From assembly GCA_001821765.1 (NCBI GenBank), contig MHOA01000006.1, forward strand, positions 4,389 through 68,388: 64,000 nucleotides of DNA, written 5' to 3'. Shown here piece by piece: positions 28,157 to 37,424 of this stretch. The position numbers and the translations under genes are program-made. Every line of letters begins with the position of its first letter. Within the stretch, counting starts at the first letter, position 1. Source of the stretch: Candidatus Ryanbacteria bacterium RIFCSPLOWO2_12_FULL_44_26. Its GTDB lineage: Bacteria > Patescibacteriota > Minisyncoccia > Ryanbacterales > HO2-45-13. The notes beneath the pieces are model-generated. The model searched no databases. It was given only the letters and a program-made list of their open reading frames with translations, and had not been told where the DNA came from.

Positions 28157-30704
28157 GAATCCGAAGCTCTCCCCGATTTCCTACATCGTCATACAATCTC
28201 AATGTTAGAATATTTTTGTTTCCTATCACACTGACCGTTTTAAGGTCAAGCAGTATCTTATTATATGTGTCTTTTTGCGATCGAACAAAATCCTCATTAA
28301 AGAAGACGTCAAGTTGCCCCAAAGCTCGCTTTGACGAAGCATTAATAAAAACCTCAACGGTATCGTTTGGACCAAACAATCCTTCTATAGGATGCCGGAG
28401 CGTTATAGTTGGCTCAAGCTCAGGCGAGTGAACGTTGTCAAAATCAGCTGGGACTACAGAGCGCTCATCTTCTTCGATGTTATTTTCTTCAACCCACTTT
28501 CGTACGGGTCCCTCCCAGTTTGTGTATTGAGAGTCTTGTTGGGGGTTTTGGGGTATGGGTCCTTGTGGGTTGTCTTTGTCTATCCAATGAAGTATTGTAT
28601 GAACCGATCTAATAATCTTTTCTTCTCGAAAAACAGGGGGGGTAAAATCGGTTGCCAGTTTTCCAGACACTTTGTCTATCACATAGGTCTCCGACCCTCT
28701 CCACTCCGCATTTAGAACCGGCTTCCCGTTGTTTTCATATATTGGCGGATCCACAAACCCAACCTCCTCGGCGCGAACCCTGATAAGGGCATAATCCATA
28801 AACTCCCTCCAAAAAGGAGCAACGATAAAACCCGCGATTTTCTTCTCCATAGAAGAGTTGTCGTTGTTCCCAGCCCACGCGCCGACAGCAATTTTTGGGT
28901 TGTATCCAATAATCCAAGCGTCTCTAGAGTCGTTTGTCGTGCCTGTTTTCGCGGCAACGGCATACTGTTCGAAATAGAGCGGGGATTGTTGACCGAACGC
29001 AGGAGCTCTTGCTTCGTTGTCGCTGAGTATGTTTGTTACGGTGCGGCTGATTTCCGGCGTGAGCGCGCGCACAGGCATCGCCTCGTGTTTGAACAGCTCC
29101 GACCCATCGTTATTTTCAATCTTTAATATTGATGAGTATGGGACGCGCATGCCGTCAGCCGCAAACACCCCATATGCCGAGGTTAGTTCAAGTAGTGAAA
29201 CCTCTCCGCCGCCGAGAACCAGCGTGAGACCGTAGCGATCCGGTTCGTTGAGTGTTGTTATGCCGAGGTCTTTGGCGGTTGCCAAAGCGTTCCCAAGCCC
29301 GGCAAGATAGAGTGTTTTTACAGAAGGAATATTGAGCGACTGGGCAAGAGCCTCTCTGAGCGTTACCGGCCCGCGGTATTTTTCGTCATAGTTTTGTGGT
29401 ATATATGAGCCCGCTCCTTGTACAGCGAACTCTGTTTCCAAGTCAAACACGGTGGTGTTTGGGGTATATCCTTTTTTGAATGCCGTCGCATACACTATTG
29501 GTTTGAATGCAGACCCGGGTTGTCGGCGGGCGAGAGTAACATTGAAATTTCCTTCCCGTTCCGTATCAAAGTAATTTCTGGAACCAACCATTGCAAGCAC
29601 CTCCCCTGTTCGCGGGTTGATGGCCACCAACCCCGCATTCGTCGCGCCAAACTGTTGCTCGTTGATTTCTCCGTAACGGGCCACAATCTCTTCCGCTCGT
29701 TGTTGTAACTGAAGGTCAAGAGTTGTTGTGACTCGAAGTCCTTTCCCTTTGATAAAGTTTTCATCGAAAAGACTTTCCAGTTGTTCGCGCACATATATCA
29801 CAAAGTGCGGCGCCTTGATGCCGCGATCAGAAGGAGGCCTGAACGAAACACGCTCATTCTTTGCCTCTTCAAGCTCCTCTGTTGTTATAAACCCAAGCTC
29901 AAACATTCTTCTGATGGCAATATTTTTACGTTTCTCGAGCTCGTCTCGGTGATTCCCGTACGGCGAATAATACGAGGGAGCTTGTGGAAGGGACGCGAGA
30001 TAAGAAGCCTCCGCCAATGTTACATCTGCGCTGGACTTTCCAAAGAATGTTTGTGCGGCCGCCTCCACGCCGTACGCGTTTGAGCCATACGGTATTTCAT
30101 TAAGATAGAGCCCTAATATTTCGTCTTTGGAGTACACCCCGTCGAGCTTTGCGGCTATGACGATTTCTTTTGCCTTTCTTGTAATTGTTTGTTTCGGAAC
30201 GAGCAGCGTGTTTTTTACCAACTGTTGCGTTATTGTTGATCCGCCTTGCTCGATTTTGCCGCTCAACACATCAACAATGAAAGCTCTCAGCATTGAGAGA
30301 GGACTGATTCCTTTGTGCGAGTAAAAGGAACTATCCTCGAGCGCAACAGTAGCGTTTTTCATATGCCGGCTGATTTGGTTGAATGGAACAACCGTGCGTC
30401 GTTCTTCCCCATAGATTTCCCAAAGCAGTTCCTCTCCGCTCCTGTCGAATATTTTGGTGGATTGCACAACTTCTCTCTCCTGAAAGTTATTGATGCTTGG
30501 CACATCAACAAGCCAGAAAAAAAGAAAACCCGCCGCAGCAGTAAGGGTTGTCAAAATAGCGGCGGCGTATATAAGCGGCAACAACAGCCGCCCGCCGCGC
30601 TTTCGTTTCATTATTTTTTGTTTTGCGGTTTTTGCCACTCTGTCTATAAGACTACATAAAGCCCGCCAGTTACAAGGAAGGCCGGCGGTGCCCGCCCCCA
30701 TCAT
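28137..30704 (-). CDS. Class A penicillin-binding protein (PBP1A; transglycosylase + transpeptidase)
   Basis: 855 aa. N-terminal TM; GT51 motifs (EDSSFYSHKGISP, GGSTITQQLVKN); transpeptidase SxxK/SxN/KTG (PGSAFKP, KTGTTND). Confidence 0.9.
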   Translation of the reverse strand: MMGAGTAGLPCNWRALCSLIDRVAKTAKQKIMKRKRGGRLLLPLIYAAAILTTLTAAAGFLFFWLVDVPSINNFQEREVVQSTKIFDRSGEELLWEIYGEERRTVVPFNQISRHMKNATVALEDSSFYSHKGISPLSMLRAFIVDVLSGKIEQGGSTITQQLVKNTLLVPKQTITRKAKEIVIAAKLDGVYSKDEILGLYLNEIPYGSNAYGVEAAAQTFFGKSSADVTLAEASYLASLPQAPSYYSPYGNHRDELEKRKNIAIRRMFELGFITTEELEEAKNERVSFRPPSDRGIKAPHFVIYVREQLESLFDENFIKGKGLRVTTTLDLQLQQRAEEIVARYGEINEQQFGATNAGLVAINPRTGEVLAMVGSRNYFDTEREGNFNVTLARRQPGSAFKPIVYATAFKKGYTPNTTVFDLETEFAVQGAGSYIPQNYDEKYRGPVTLREALAQSLNIPSVKTLYLAGLGNALATAKDLGITTLNEPDRYGLTLVLGGGEVSLLELTSAYGVFAADGMRVPYSSILKIENNDGSELFKHEAMPVRALTPEISRTVTNILSDNEARAPAFGQQSPLYFEQYAVAAKTGTTNDSRDAWIIGYNPKIAVGAWAGNNDNSSMEKKIAGFIVAPFWREFMDYALIRVRAEEVGFVDPPIYENNGKPVLNAEWRGSETYVIDKVSGKLATDFTPPVFREEKIIRSVHTILHWIDKDNPQGPIPQNPQQDSQYTNWEGPVRKWVEENNIEEDERSVVPADFDNVHSPELEPTITLRHPIEGLFGPNDTVEVFINASSKRALGQLDVFFNEDFVRSQKDTYNKILLDLKTVSVIGNKNILTLRLYDDVGNRGELRIPIEIEF

Positions 30705-30752
30705 TGGGGCTCAAAAACATTCGCCTGTTTCCTGGACAGGCGAATGTTTTAC

Positions 30753-30947
30753 TTATACAAAATCCTCATCAAGCGCGTCCAAATCCTCATCAACTTCATG
30801 GGTGGCATCTTCTATCTCGCTGTTTTCTTGTGGGAAACCCTCTTCTTCAAACCATTCTTCTTCCTCCAGAGCGGTAAGAACATCGTATTGGCGCATTTTT
30901 GCGAATAGATTGTGTTTAATCGGATTATGTAGGAGACCTTTTTGCAA
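30753..30947 (-). CDS. Hypothetical small acidic protein
   Basis: 64 aa ORF with an extremely acidic C-terminal half (EEEEWFEEEGFPQENSEIEDATHEVDEDLDALDEDFV), between PBP1A and ruvC on the same strand. No homology recognised. Confidence 0.25.
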   Translation of the reverse strand: MQKGLLHNPIKHNLFAKMRQYDVLTALEEEEWFEEEGFPQENSEIEDATHEVDEDLDALDEDFV

Positions 30948-31032
30948 CTATTTCTTTCTTAACAGGAAAGCAAATCTGTGTAAAGGCGTTGGTTATGCTG
31001 TGGATAATTTGTATATTGCGTTTGGAAAACAC

Positions 31033-31518
31033 TCAACGCATAGCAGCAGACATGTTCAGCGCAGCTGATGCCAAAGCTATTGCAACAGCATCATACACAT
31101 CGTCAGGCCCGAGATCTTCTTTGAAACGCAATATCTTTTTTACCATACCGCTCACCTGCGTTTTATCCGCCTTTCCATAACCAGTGAGCGCCACTTTTAC
31201 CTGCAGCGGCGTTGGTTCTATGGTGGGTATGTGTTTTTGCGCCAAAAGCACCAATATGACGCCTCTGGCCTCGGCGACTGACATCGCTGACTTGCTATTG
31301 ACGGTAAAGTACAACGTTTCAACTCCGGCCAAGGAAGGGGTGGCTCGTTCCAACACCTCCAAGAGTTGTCTGTAGATCAAATCAAGCCGCTCCCCCTTCG
31401 TTTTAAGAGGAGATGTCTTGATGAGTCCGCTTTCCACCAACTTGTCTTGGGTGTTTGTGTGGTCGATCACCGCGTACCCCACACGCTCGAGCCCGGGATC
31501 AATTCCAACAACCTTCAT
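31033..31518 (-). CDS. ruvC: Crossover junction endodeoxyribonuclease RuvC
   Basis: 161 aa. MKVVGIDPGLERVGYAVI plus a conserved acidic catalytic pattern. Confidence 0.9.
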   Translation of the reverse strand: MKVVGIDPGLERVGYAVIDHTNTQDKLVESGLIKTSPLKTKGERLDLIYRQLLEVLERATPSLAGVETLYFTVNSKSAMSVAEARGVILVLLAQKHIPTIEPTPLQVKVALTGYGKADKTQVSGMVKKILRFKEDLGPDDVYDAVAIALASAALNMSAAMR

Positions 31519-32069
31519 GTTTTTTTCTCGTTTGTGAAGACGTTTTGGACGTCGTCATGGTTGTTTAACGCGTCAAGTAATTGCATAAAATAATCCTTGT
31601 CTTTTGGACCGAGGTCTACCAGCAAATGCTTTTTCGGAGCCCATATACCTCTTACGTGGTCAAACGCCCAAAGCACGCTTCCCGGAGACGCTAGCTTTCC
31701 ATGATGGGAGTTCAGTATATGTTTTATTTCTCCTAAAGATCTATTTGTGTTGTCTGTAATTCCCAACACAAGCATAGCAACCCCTCCCGGTCCATAGGCT
31801 TCGTACAGGAATTCTTCCAGCTTTGTTTCGCCTTCCCCAGTCCCGCGGCGCATTGCCCGCGCAATATTTTCTGACGGCATGTTTAACGATTTGGCTTTTT
31901 CAATGGCCTCTCGGAGTTTTGTATTCCCGGACGGGTCCGTTCCCCCTTCTCGAGCCGCCACAGCAATCAGTCGCGACAGCTTTGAGAACAGCTGTCCACG
32001 GCGCTCATCCGCCGCCGCTTTTTTGTGTTTGATTTGAGACCACTTGGAATGTCCTGACATTATTTGCAC
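31515..32069 (-). CDS. yebC: YebC/PmpR-family DNA-binding regulator (short form)
   Basis: MSGHSKWSQIKHKKAAADERRGQLFSKLSRLI is the family N-terminus. 184 aa, shorter than the usual ~240. 4-nt overlap with ruvC. Confidence 0.85.
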   Translation of the reverse strand: MQIMSGHSKWSQIKHKKAAADERRGQLFSKLSRLIAVAAREGGTDPSGNTKLREAIEKAKSLNMPSENIARAMRRGTGEGETKLEEFLYEAYGPGGVAMLVLGITDNTNRSLGEIKHILNSHHGKLASPGSVLWAFDHVRGIWAPKKHLLVDLGPKDKDYFMQLLDALNNHDDVQNVFTNEKKT

Positions 32070-32138
32070 ATCTCCAGTTAAAAAAACTCCTTAAAGTGTG
32101 TAATAAGATAATGGATAGCGGATCTATCGTCTTAAGGC

Positions 32139-32645
32139 TTAGGAATCTTTCCGTAACTTCTCGCTTTGCGATAATATTATACTTTTTGCTTGGTTGCAAT
32201 GCGACACGTCTCGTATTGAGAAACTTGTCTCGCCTGCAGTTTGCACAGTAATATTTCCAAAACCAAGGAAAGTCGCAAGTATGTTTGGGATAGAAACCGT
32301 CACATCTTGCACGCGTGTCAGTGAAAACTCGGAGATTCTTCTATGAAACAGCGCCACCTGATCAATATCAATGACCCGCTCTGTGGTAATAACCCAAACG
32401 TCCAGCCAGTATTTTATCCAGACCACAAATAACCAACCCACAACAACCATCCAATAAAGAGTGATTATGAAAAACAAAAAAGGCCCAACCCCGCCGCCAG
32501 GCAGTTTTTGAAACAAACCCCCAAACAGAACGAGTATTATGGGAATCAAAAAAAGCAGCACCGTGGCAACAACCTGTCCCGCTATAACAATCCAGTGCCT
32601 GTGGAGCACCAACAACACCTTTTCGTTTTTTTTAAGTTCAATCAC
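32139..32645 (-). CDS. Bacterial PH-domain (bPH_2, YdbS/YdbT-like) membrane protein
   Basis: 168 aa. Two TM helices, then ITTERVIDIDQVALFHRRISEFSLTRVQDVTV...GNITVQTAG, typical of bPH_2. Confidence 0.5.
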   Translation of the reverse strand: MIELKKNEKVLLVLHRHWIVIAGQVVATVLLFLIPIILVLFGGLFQKLPGGGVGPFLFFIITLYWMVVVGWLFVVWIKYWLDVWVITTERVIDIDQVALFHRRISEFSLTRVQDVTVSIPNILATFLGFGNITVQTAGETSFSIRDVSHCNQAKSIILSQSEKLRKDS

Positions 32646-32863
32646 AGTTGCACATTGAAACCAAGGTCATTCCACGGCACCTTCAGAAATGCCATAAAAG
32701 AAAGAAACGCCAACGCCACCGTCATCGCGACAAACATTCTTGTGTACACTCGCCCCTCTTTGCCGGGTGCGCTGTATTTTCTTACGTGGTGTAGAATTGC
32801 CGCGGTAAAGGCCGCATAACCTACAAGGAACAGAACATACAATAGCAGCGCTAGCCGAAACAT
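32642..32863 (-). CDS. Small two-TM membrane protein (translationally coupled to the downstream PH-domain gene)
   Basis: 73 aa with two hydrophobic helices and a 4-nt overlap with the next gene. Confidence 0.35.
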   Translation of the reverse strand: MFRLALLLYVLFLVGYAAFTAAILHHVRKYSAPGKEGRVYTRMFVAMTVALAFLSFMAFLKVPWNDLGFNVQL

Positions 32864-32869
32864 GTTTTT

Positions 32870-33907
32870 TTAGAAGAATCTTGATTGTTTATCATTTGAT
32901 ACATCTATCCCAAGATGTTTAAACGCATGGATGGTAGCCACCCTTCCCTTGGGAGTGCGCTCAATAAACCCAAGACGGATAAGGTATGGCTCGTAAACCT
33001 CTTCTATGGTGCCGACATCTTCCGATATGGAAGCCGCAAGGGTATTTAAACCAACAGGCCCTCCTCTATGCTTGATGATCAAAGATTTAAGAAGTCTTCG
33101 GTCCTCTCCATTCAGTCCTTTTTCATCAATATCCAACAACTCCAGCGCCTCCATGGCTATTGCGCGGGTGATTTCCTTGCTTCCAACGACGTCGGCGACA
33201 TCACGGCAACGCTTCAACAGCTGGTTCGCTATCCTCGGGGTGCGACGGCTCCGAAGAGCAATCTCCCGGACGGCATCTTTTTCGGTTAAGATGCCCAATA
33301 TATTGCTCGAGCGCTCCACTATGTTTCTGATGTCGCTTTCATCATAAAACTCAAGTCGAAACACGCCCCCGGAAAAACGTGATCTTAAAGGCGAGGAAAG
33401 AAGAGAGATACGTGTTGTCGCGGCAATCAATGTAAAAGACGGGAGGTCTAACTGGATTGTTCTGGCCGACGGTCCTTTCCCGATAATAATGTCAAGCGCC
33501 CCGGATTCCATCGCTGAATATAACATTTCTTCGGCAAGCTTGTTTATGCGGTGAGCCTCGTCAATAAATAATATATCCCCCTCGGAGAGATTTGTAAGAA
33601 GCGCGGCAAGATCTCCGACACGCTCTATCACCGGGCCGGATGTGACTTTTATCTGCGCATTCATTTCTTTTGCCACAAGGTGCGCTAAAGTGGTTTTGCC
33701 GAGCCCAGCAGGCCCATACAAAAGCAGGTGCTCAACAGGTTCTTTGCGCTTTTGCGCCGCCTCGATGAGAACCGACAATGCTTTTTTGACTTGCTCCTGC
33801 CCCACATACTCTTTCCACCGCCTCGGACGCAATGCAGCGTCCAGGCGTCCAGGCTCAGGTCTTTCTCCGACTTTCTCTTTTTTGTTTTTATTGGGGGGGG
33901 TTGACAC
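32870..33907 (-). CDS. ruvB: Holliday junction branch migration helicase RuvB
   Basis: 345 aa. LLLYGPAGLGKTTLAHLVAKEM (Walker A), DEAHRIN, sensor and C-terminal winged-helix. Confidence 0.95.
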   Translation of the reverse strand: MSTPPNKNKKEKVGERPEPGRLDAALRPRRWKEYVGQEQVKKALSVLIEAAQKRKEPVEHLLLYGPAGLGKTTLAHLVAKEMNAQIKVTSGPVIERVGDLAALLTNLSEGDILFIDEAHRINKLAEEMLYSAMESGALDIIIGKGPSARTIQLDLPSFTLIAATTRISLLSSPLRSRFSGGVFRLEFYDESDIRNIVERSSNILGILTEKDAVREIALRSRRTPRIANQLLKRCRDVADVVGSKEITRAIAMEALELLDIDEKGLNGEDRRLLKSLIIKHRGGPVGLNTLAASISEDVGTIEEVYEPYLIRLGFIERTPKGRVATIHAFKHLGIDVSNDKQSRFF

Positions 33908-34150
33908 GCGCAGGTTTTTTTGTTAGACTAAAGTGTTATTGATTTTTACCTAAAAATGGCTTTTTGCCAGAACACTCTGGGCAATTGAGGTTATCCTTAT
34001 CTGGGCCGTCTTCCAGCCTAGGACAGCTTGGCCTCTCGCTTTTGCGAGAACAGCTCCGCTGCTCCTCGAAGAAGGCTCCCTAGCTCCGCGCATCATTGCT
34101 TGCCGGAGCGGTTGCCCGGAGCGTTCTGGCCGTAAAGGCGTCAAAATGTC

Positions 34151-35824
34151 TTAAAACTCGCCGGCAACGCGAATAAGCTCGGCAACGCTGGTAATTCCTT
34201 CGGCTGCTTTTAGTATACCGTCTTGGTGCAACGTTAGCATCCCTTGTGCTCTTGCGGCATCCAACACCTCTGCCTCCGAGGGATTTTTAAAAATCAGTTT
34301 TTCGATTTTTTCGTCAATCGCAAAAACCTCAAATATGCCGATGCGGCCCTTAAATCCAACCATATTGCAGGCCTCACAACCGTCCGCCTCCCAGAATTTT
34401 ATATGTTGTAAGTCCGGCCTCTTGTATGGTTTTGGAAGCCCTTTTAGTATTCGTTCCGCATAGTCAAGGTCTCTTGCGGAAGGCGCGTACTGGTGTTTAC
34501 ATTGTTGACACAGGTGCCTGATCAATCTTTGAGCAATGGCCACGTTTATGGCCGGAGCTATGATGTTTGGTTTGGCGCCGATGTCAATGAGTCTTGGGAT
34601 TGTTGCCGGAGCATTGTTGGTGTGGAGAGTGGAAAATACAAGGTGTCCGGTGAGTGCGGCATGTAAAGCGGTGCGCGCGGTTTCGAGGTTGCGGATTTCT
34701 CCAACGAGTATGACATCAGGATCTTGTCTGAGAATTGACTGGAGGCCGGTTTCGAACGTATATTTTCCGTTGGTATCCACTTGTGTTTGGGTGATGCCCT
34801 TGATATGGTATTCAACCGGATTTTCAATAGTTACAATGTTGATTTGGGGCGAGTTTATCTTTTTTATGAACGCGTACAGCGTTGTGGTCTTTCCAGACCC
34901 TGTCGGTCCCGTCGTTAAAATCATGCCGTTAGGTTTTCGAATTTCCTTGGAAAGCAGTTCGTAAACCGGTTGCTGCATGCCGAGCTCTTCAAGCGAAAGA
35001 CTGATGGTTTTGGGATTAAGTAAACGCAGCACCGTAGTTTCCCCAAAAGGACCCGGAAGTGTTGAGGCTCGTATCTCAATATCCTCGTCCGCGGCGCGTA
35101 TGGTAAAGCGCCCATCCTGCGCACTGTCGCGGACGTTCAGCTTTAACCCCGACAGCAGTTTAATACGAGAAAGGAGCAACTTATACAACTCATGCTTAAA
35201 CGATGTTATGTTGTGGAGCATGCCGTCAAGGCGGAGGCGCATGGTCACCGTTTCTTCCGAGGGTTCAATATGGACATCTGATGCGCCAAGTTTAAGGCCG
35301 CTTGCCAGAATAAGTTGCAGCAGTTCCGTTGTGTTCATTCGCGGCCCTTTTGCAATGAGGTCTCGGAGCAATTCAGCTACATTGTCAAAAATTTTTAAAC
35401 GTTCTCCAAGCTCAGCCATCTGCGATTTTCCGATGACAATCATTCCCTCAAAAGTTTCCGTCCCTTTTGTGATTTCCCTATATCTTTCCCACGTGTGTTG
35501 TAGCCCTGCAGGCGAAGACAAATAAAGGTTAAAACTGTAACCGTTTTTCCTCAACTCTGTAAGGAAGGATTTGGTGTGCGGAAGCGTCGGGTTTTTAACA
35601 GCAATGTCAAGGATTCTCCCTTTTCTTCTTATGATAGCGACGCCATTTTCTTTGGCTATTTGTTCGGATATCGTGTTCAGCGCCTCAAGATCAATTGAGG
35701 CGCGAAACAAGTTCACGTATGGGATTTTATACTTTTCGGAGAGAATGCGGGCAAGATCTTCTTGTTCTCTTTTTTTAATTACTTCAAGCTGTTCTTCCTG
35801 TTTTTTTTCATCGAATGTCACCAC
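34151..35824 (-). CDS. pilB: Type IV pilus / type II secretion assembly ATPase (PilB/GspE family)
   Basis: 557 aa. GPTGSGKTTTLYAFI (Walker A), VGEIRNLETA, a tetracysteine-like CQQC...CEAC motif, N-terminal GspE_N-like region. Confidence 0.9.
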   Translation of the reverse strand: MVTFDEKKQEEQLEVIKKREQEDLARILSEKYKIPYVNLFRASIDLEALNTISEQIAKENGVAIIRRKGRILDIAVKNPTLPHTKSFLTELRKNGYSFNLYLSSPAGLQHTWERYREITKGTETFEGMIVIGKSQMAELGERLKIFDNVAELLRDLIAKGPRMNTTELLQLILASGLKLGASDVHIEPSEETVTMRLRLDGMLHNITSFKHELYKLLLSRIKLLSGLKLNVRDSAQDGRFTIRAADEDIEIRASTLPGPFGETTVLRLLNPKTISLSLEELGMQQPVYELLSKEIRKPNGMILTTGPTGSGKTTTLYAFIKKINSPQINIVTIENPVEYHIKGITQTQVDTNGKYTFETGLQSILRQDPDVILVGEIRNLETARTALHAALTGHLVFSTLHTNNAPATIPRLIDIGAKPNIIAPAINVAIAQRLIRHLCQQCKHQYAPSARDLDYAERILKGLPKPYKRPDLQHIKFWEADGCEACNMVGFKGRIGIFEVFAIDEKIEKLIFKNPSEAEVLDAARAQGMLTLHQDGILKAAEGITSVAELIRVAGEF

Positions 35825-35838
35825 TCTGTCATTGTATC

Positions 35839-36690
35839 CTATAGGGTTGTCTTGAGCAATTTCCTTGCCTCGAGTTCTGCTTCTGTGAAGCTGTTAAAAT
35901 CAGGAATAAGGAAATAGTCGCTTTTCGGAACGACTCCCAACTTAGATGAGAGCACGGAAAGAGCCCGGGCATCTTTTGAGTAAATGAGCCCTCCAACCGA
36001 TTCCTTCGGCGATCCCTGCCAGAGCACCACTACAAAACGAGGAAGTCCCGCAAGCGCCGCGATAACGCTCGTCATCGGAAAAATAGCCGTTGGAGCAGTG
36101 TTCGTCTTTGTGAAATCTGATGGAGCAAGAAAAGACCAAAAAGTGTTCAGCTCCTTTTCCGTACGAGCACGGGCAAGTAACCTGGAAAGGAGCGGCAAAG
36201 AACTGACACCAGCCGGTTGTGGCGGCGTGCCCCCTTTTTTAAGAAAGAAGAATTCTTGTCCGTTTGTATTTCTGAGGCGCGAGGCAAGAGTTTTTTTTGC
36301 CTCATCCTCATTTAAAAATCCTATAGCAACAACCAAATCACTTTCCGGCAGCATTTGTTCAAATGCGAAACTGCTTTTTGTGATGGGATTATAACTTGTA
36401 AAAAATACCACCAGCTTCTCGCCCTGTTTCTCATATCGGAGCTCCTCAATCGGGAAGCGGCTGGTGTCAATAGAGACCGCGAAGTCCTTGGGGGCCAGCG
36501 CTTCGTCTTCAAAAAGCGCATGCCAACTGCTCCGCACTGATTCTTCTCCACCGACGATAAACACTTTTTCGCCGCCGGCCTTCCTTATGGCGAATGCGGC
36601 GAGCAGTATCTCGTCTGAAGTATCATCGGGCACAAGAACAGCAACACTGTTCGCGTTGTCTATTTTTTCCTTTAAATCGCGCATGCTCAC
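35839..36690 (-). CDS. Hypothetical protein, possibly catalytically degenerate DHH-family (NrnA-like) fold
   Basis: 283 aa. VAVLVPDDTSDEILLAAFAIRKAGGEKV resembles DHH motif I/II spacing, but the DHH triad position reads GFLNED. Weak inference. Confidence 0.3.
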   Translation of the reverse strand: MSMRDLKEKIDNANSVAVLVPDDTSDEILLAAFAIRKAGGEKVFIVGGEESVRSSWHALFEDEALAPKDFAVSIDTSRFPIEELRYEKQGEKLVVFFTSYNPITKSSFAFEQMLPESDLVVAIGFLNEDEAKKTLASRLRNTNGQEFFFLKKGGTPPQPAGVSSLPLLSRLLARARTEKELNTFWSFLAPSDFTKTNTAPTAIFPMTSVIAALAGLPRFVVVLWQGSPKESVGGLIYSKDARALSVLSSKLGVVPKSDYFLIPDFNSFTEAELEARKLLKTTL

Positions 36691-36780
36691 GGATTATTCT
36701 TATCATATAAAGGCGGTTGTCGCAATACTTTCTTATGGGGCTTGGTTTGGTTTGGGGCGTTGTCAGCCGGCGTTGGTGTG

Positions 36781-36809
36781 TTGACACATCGGGCTTTAAG
36801 GTGTATAAT
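36781..36809 (+). promoter_or_regulatory. Perfect sigma70 consensus promoter (TTGACA, 17-nt spacer, TATAAT)
   Basis: TTGACAcatcgggctttaaggtgTATAAT read directly. Followed by a short hairpin (ctctttc...gaaagag), an AGGAAGGA RBS and an ATG at 36873. Confidence 0.5.
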
Positions 36810-36872
36810 TACCGCAAATCAACAACCGCTCTTTCTTTGCAAAAAAGAAAGAGCCAGAAGGAAGGAAATGCA

Positions 36873-37328
36873 ATGAAAGCTCTTTTGATGTTTTTGGTCG
36901 CGGCATGCGTGCTTGCTTTGCCGGCGGCTGTCTACGCCGGCGGTTGTCACTATCACGGCAGCCGGCTGTGCTGTTTCGAGCACGGCCGTAGCGCCTATGG
37001 CGGCTACGACGATGGCTACAGGAACTACGGTGACTCCGGCAATCTTCTCGAGTATCGGCTTGAGTCGGCAGCTGCTGATGGAGCAGCGGGACTCATCCGA
37101 ACAGTAAGTGGCGCCGTAATTACCGGCGCACAGCAAAGAATGTTTCAGGCCACCGAGCCGTCCGGAAAAACCGGTTGCCAGCCGCACGACGTAGAATGTC
37201 GGCGGCAAGCGGGAGCAGAAGCAGGTCGGCTGGCCGGTCTTTCCAGATCGGCTGCCGTTGCAGAGCAGGAGGCATATCTGCAGGCGCTGTGTGATGCACA
37301 CCCAGCATCTGCAGAGTGTCGAAGGTGA
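36873..37328 (+). CDS. Small secreted Cys/His-rich protein in a GC-rich cassette
   Basis: 151 aa. Signal peptide MKALLMFLVAACVLALPAAVYA. Mature part has a CHYH...CC motif and an internal repeat (GCQPHDVECRR / LCDAHPASAECRR). The ORF-track entry 36717..37328 extends upstream of the promoter; ATG 36873 has the RBS. Local GC is clearly higher than the flanks. The opposite-strand ORF 36819..37301 is regarded as spurious. Confidence 0.5.
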   Translation: MKALLMFLVAACVLALPAAVYAGGCHYHGSRLCCFEHGRSAYGGYDDGYRNYGDSGNLLEYRLESAAADGAAGLIRTVSGAVITGAQQRMFQATEPSGKTGCQPHDVECRRQAGAEAGRLAGLSRSAAVAEQEAYLQALCDAHPASAECRR

Positions 37329-37353
37329 GCAGTCGCGTGTCGCACGCGATAGG

Positions 37354-37394
37354 GAGCGGCAGTGCTTTTAAGCAGTGCCGCTCTTTTTGTTTTC
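37354..37394 (+). terminator. Rho-independent terminator after the Cys-rich gene
   Basis: GAGCGGCA...TGCCGCTC 8-bp GC stem followed by TTTTTGTTTT, directly after the stop codon. Confidence 0.6.
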
Positions 37395-37424
37395 ATGTTC
37401 TGGGCGGCGTGCTAACCTAAAACC

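Noticed and set aside
33950-34144. 64-aa minus-strand ORF in the ruvB-pilB intergenic region
   Set aside because: Arg/Ser/Ala/Gly-rich product with no start context. The region is more plausibly a GC-rich structured RNA or non-coding spacer (see findings).
36819-37301. 160-aa minus-strand ORF opposite the Cys-rich secreted protein gene
   Set aside because: Both strands are open in this GC-rich patch. The + strand ORF has a signal peptide, RBS, consensus promoter and terminator in the correct orientation, while the minus ORF has none of these.
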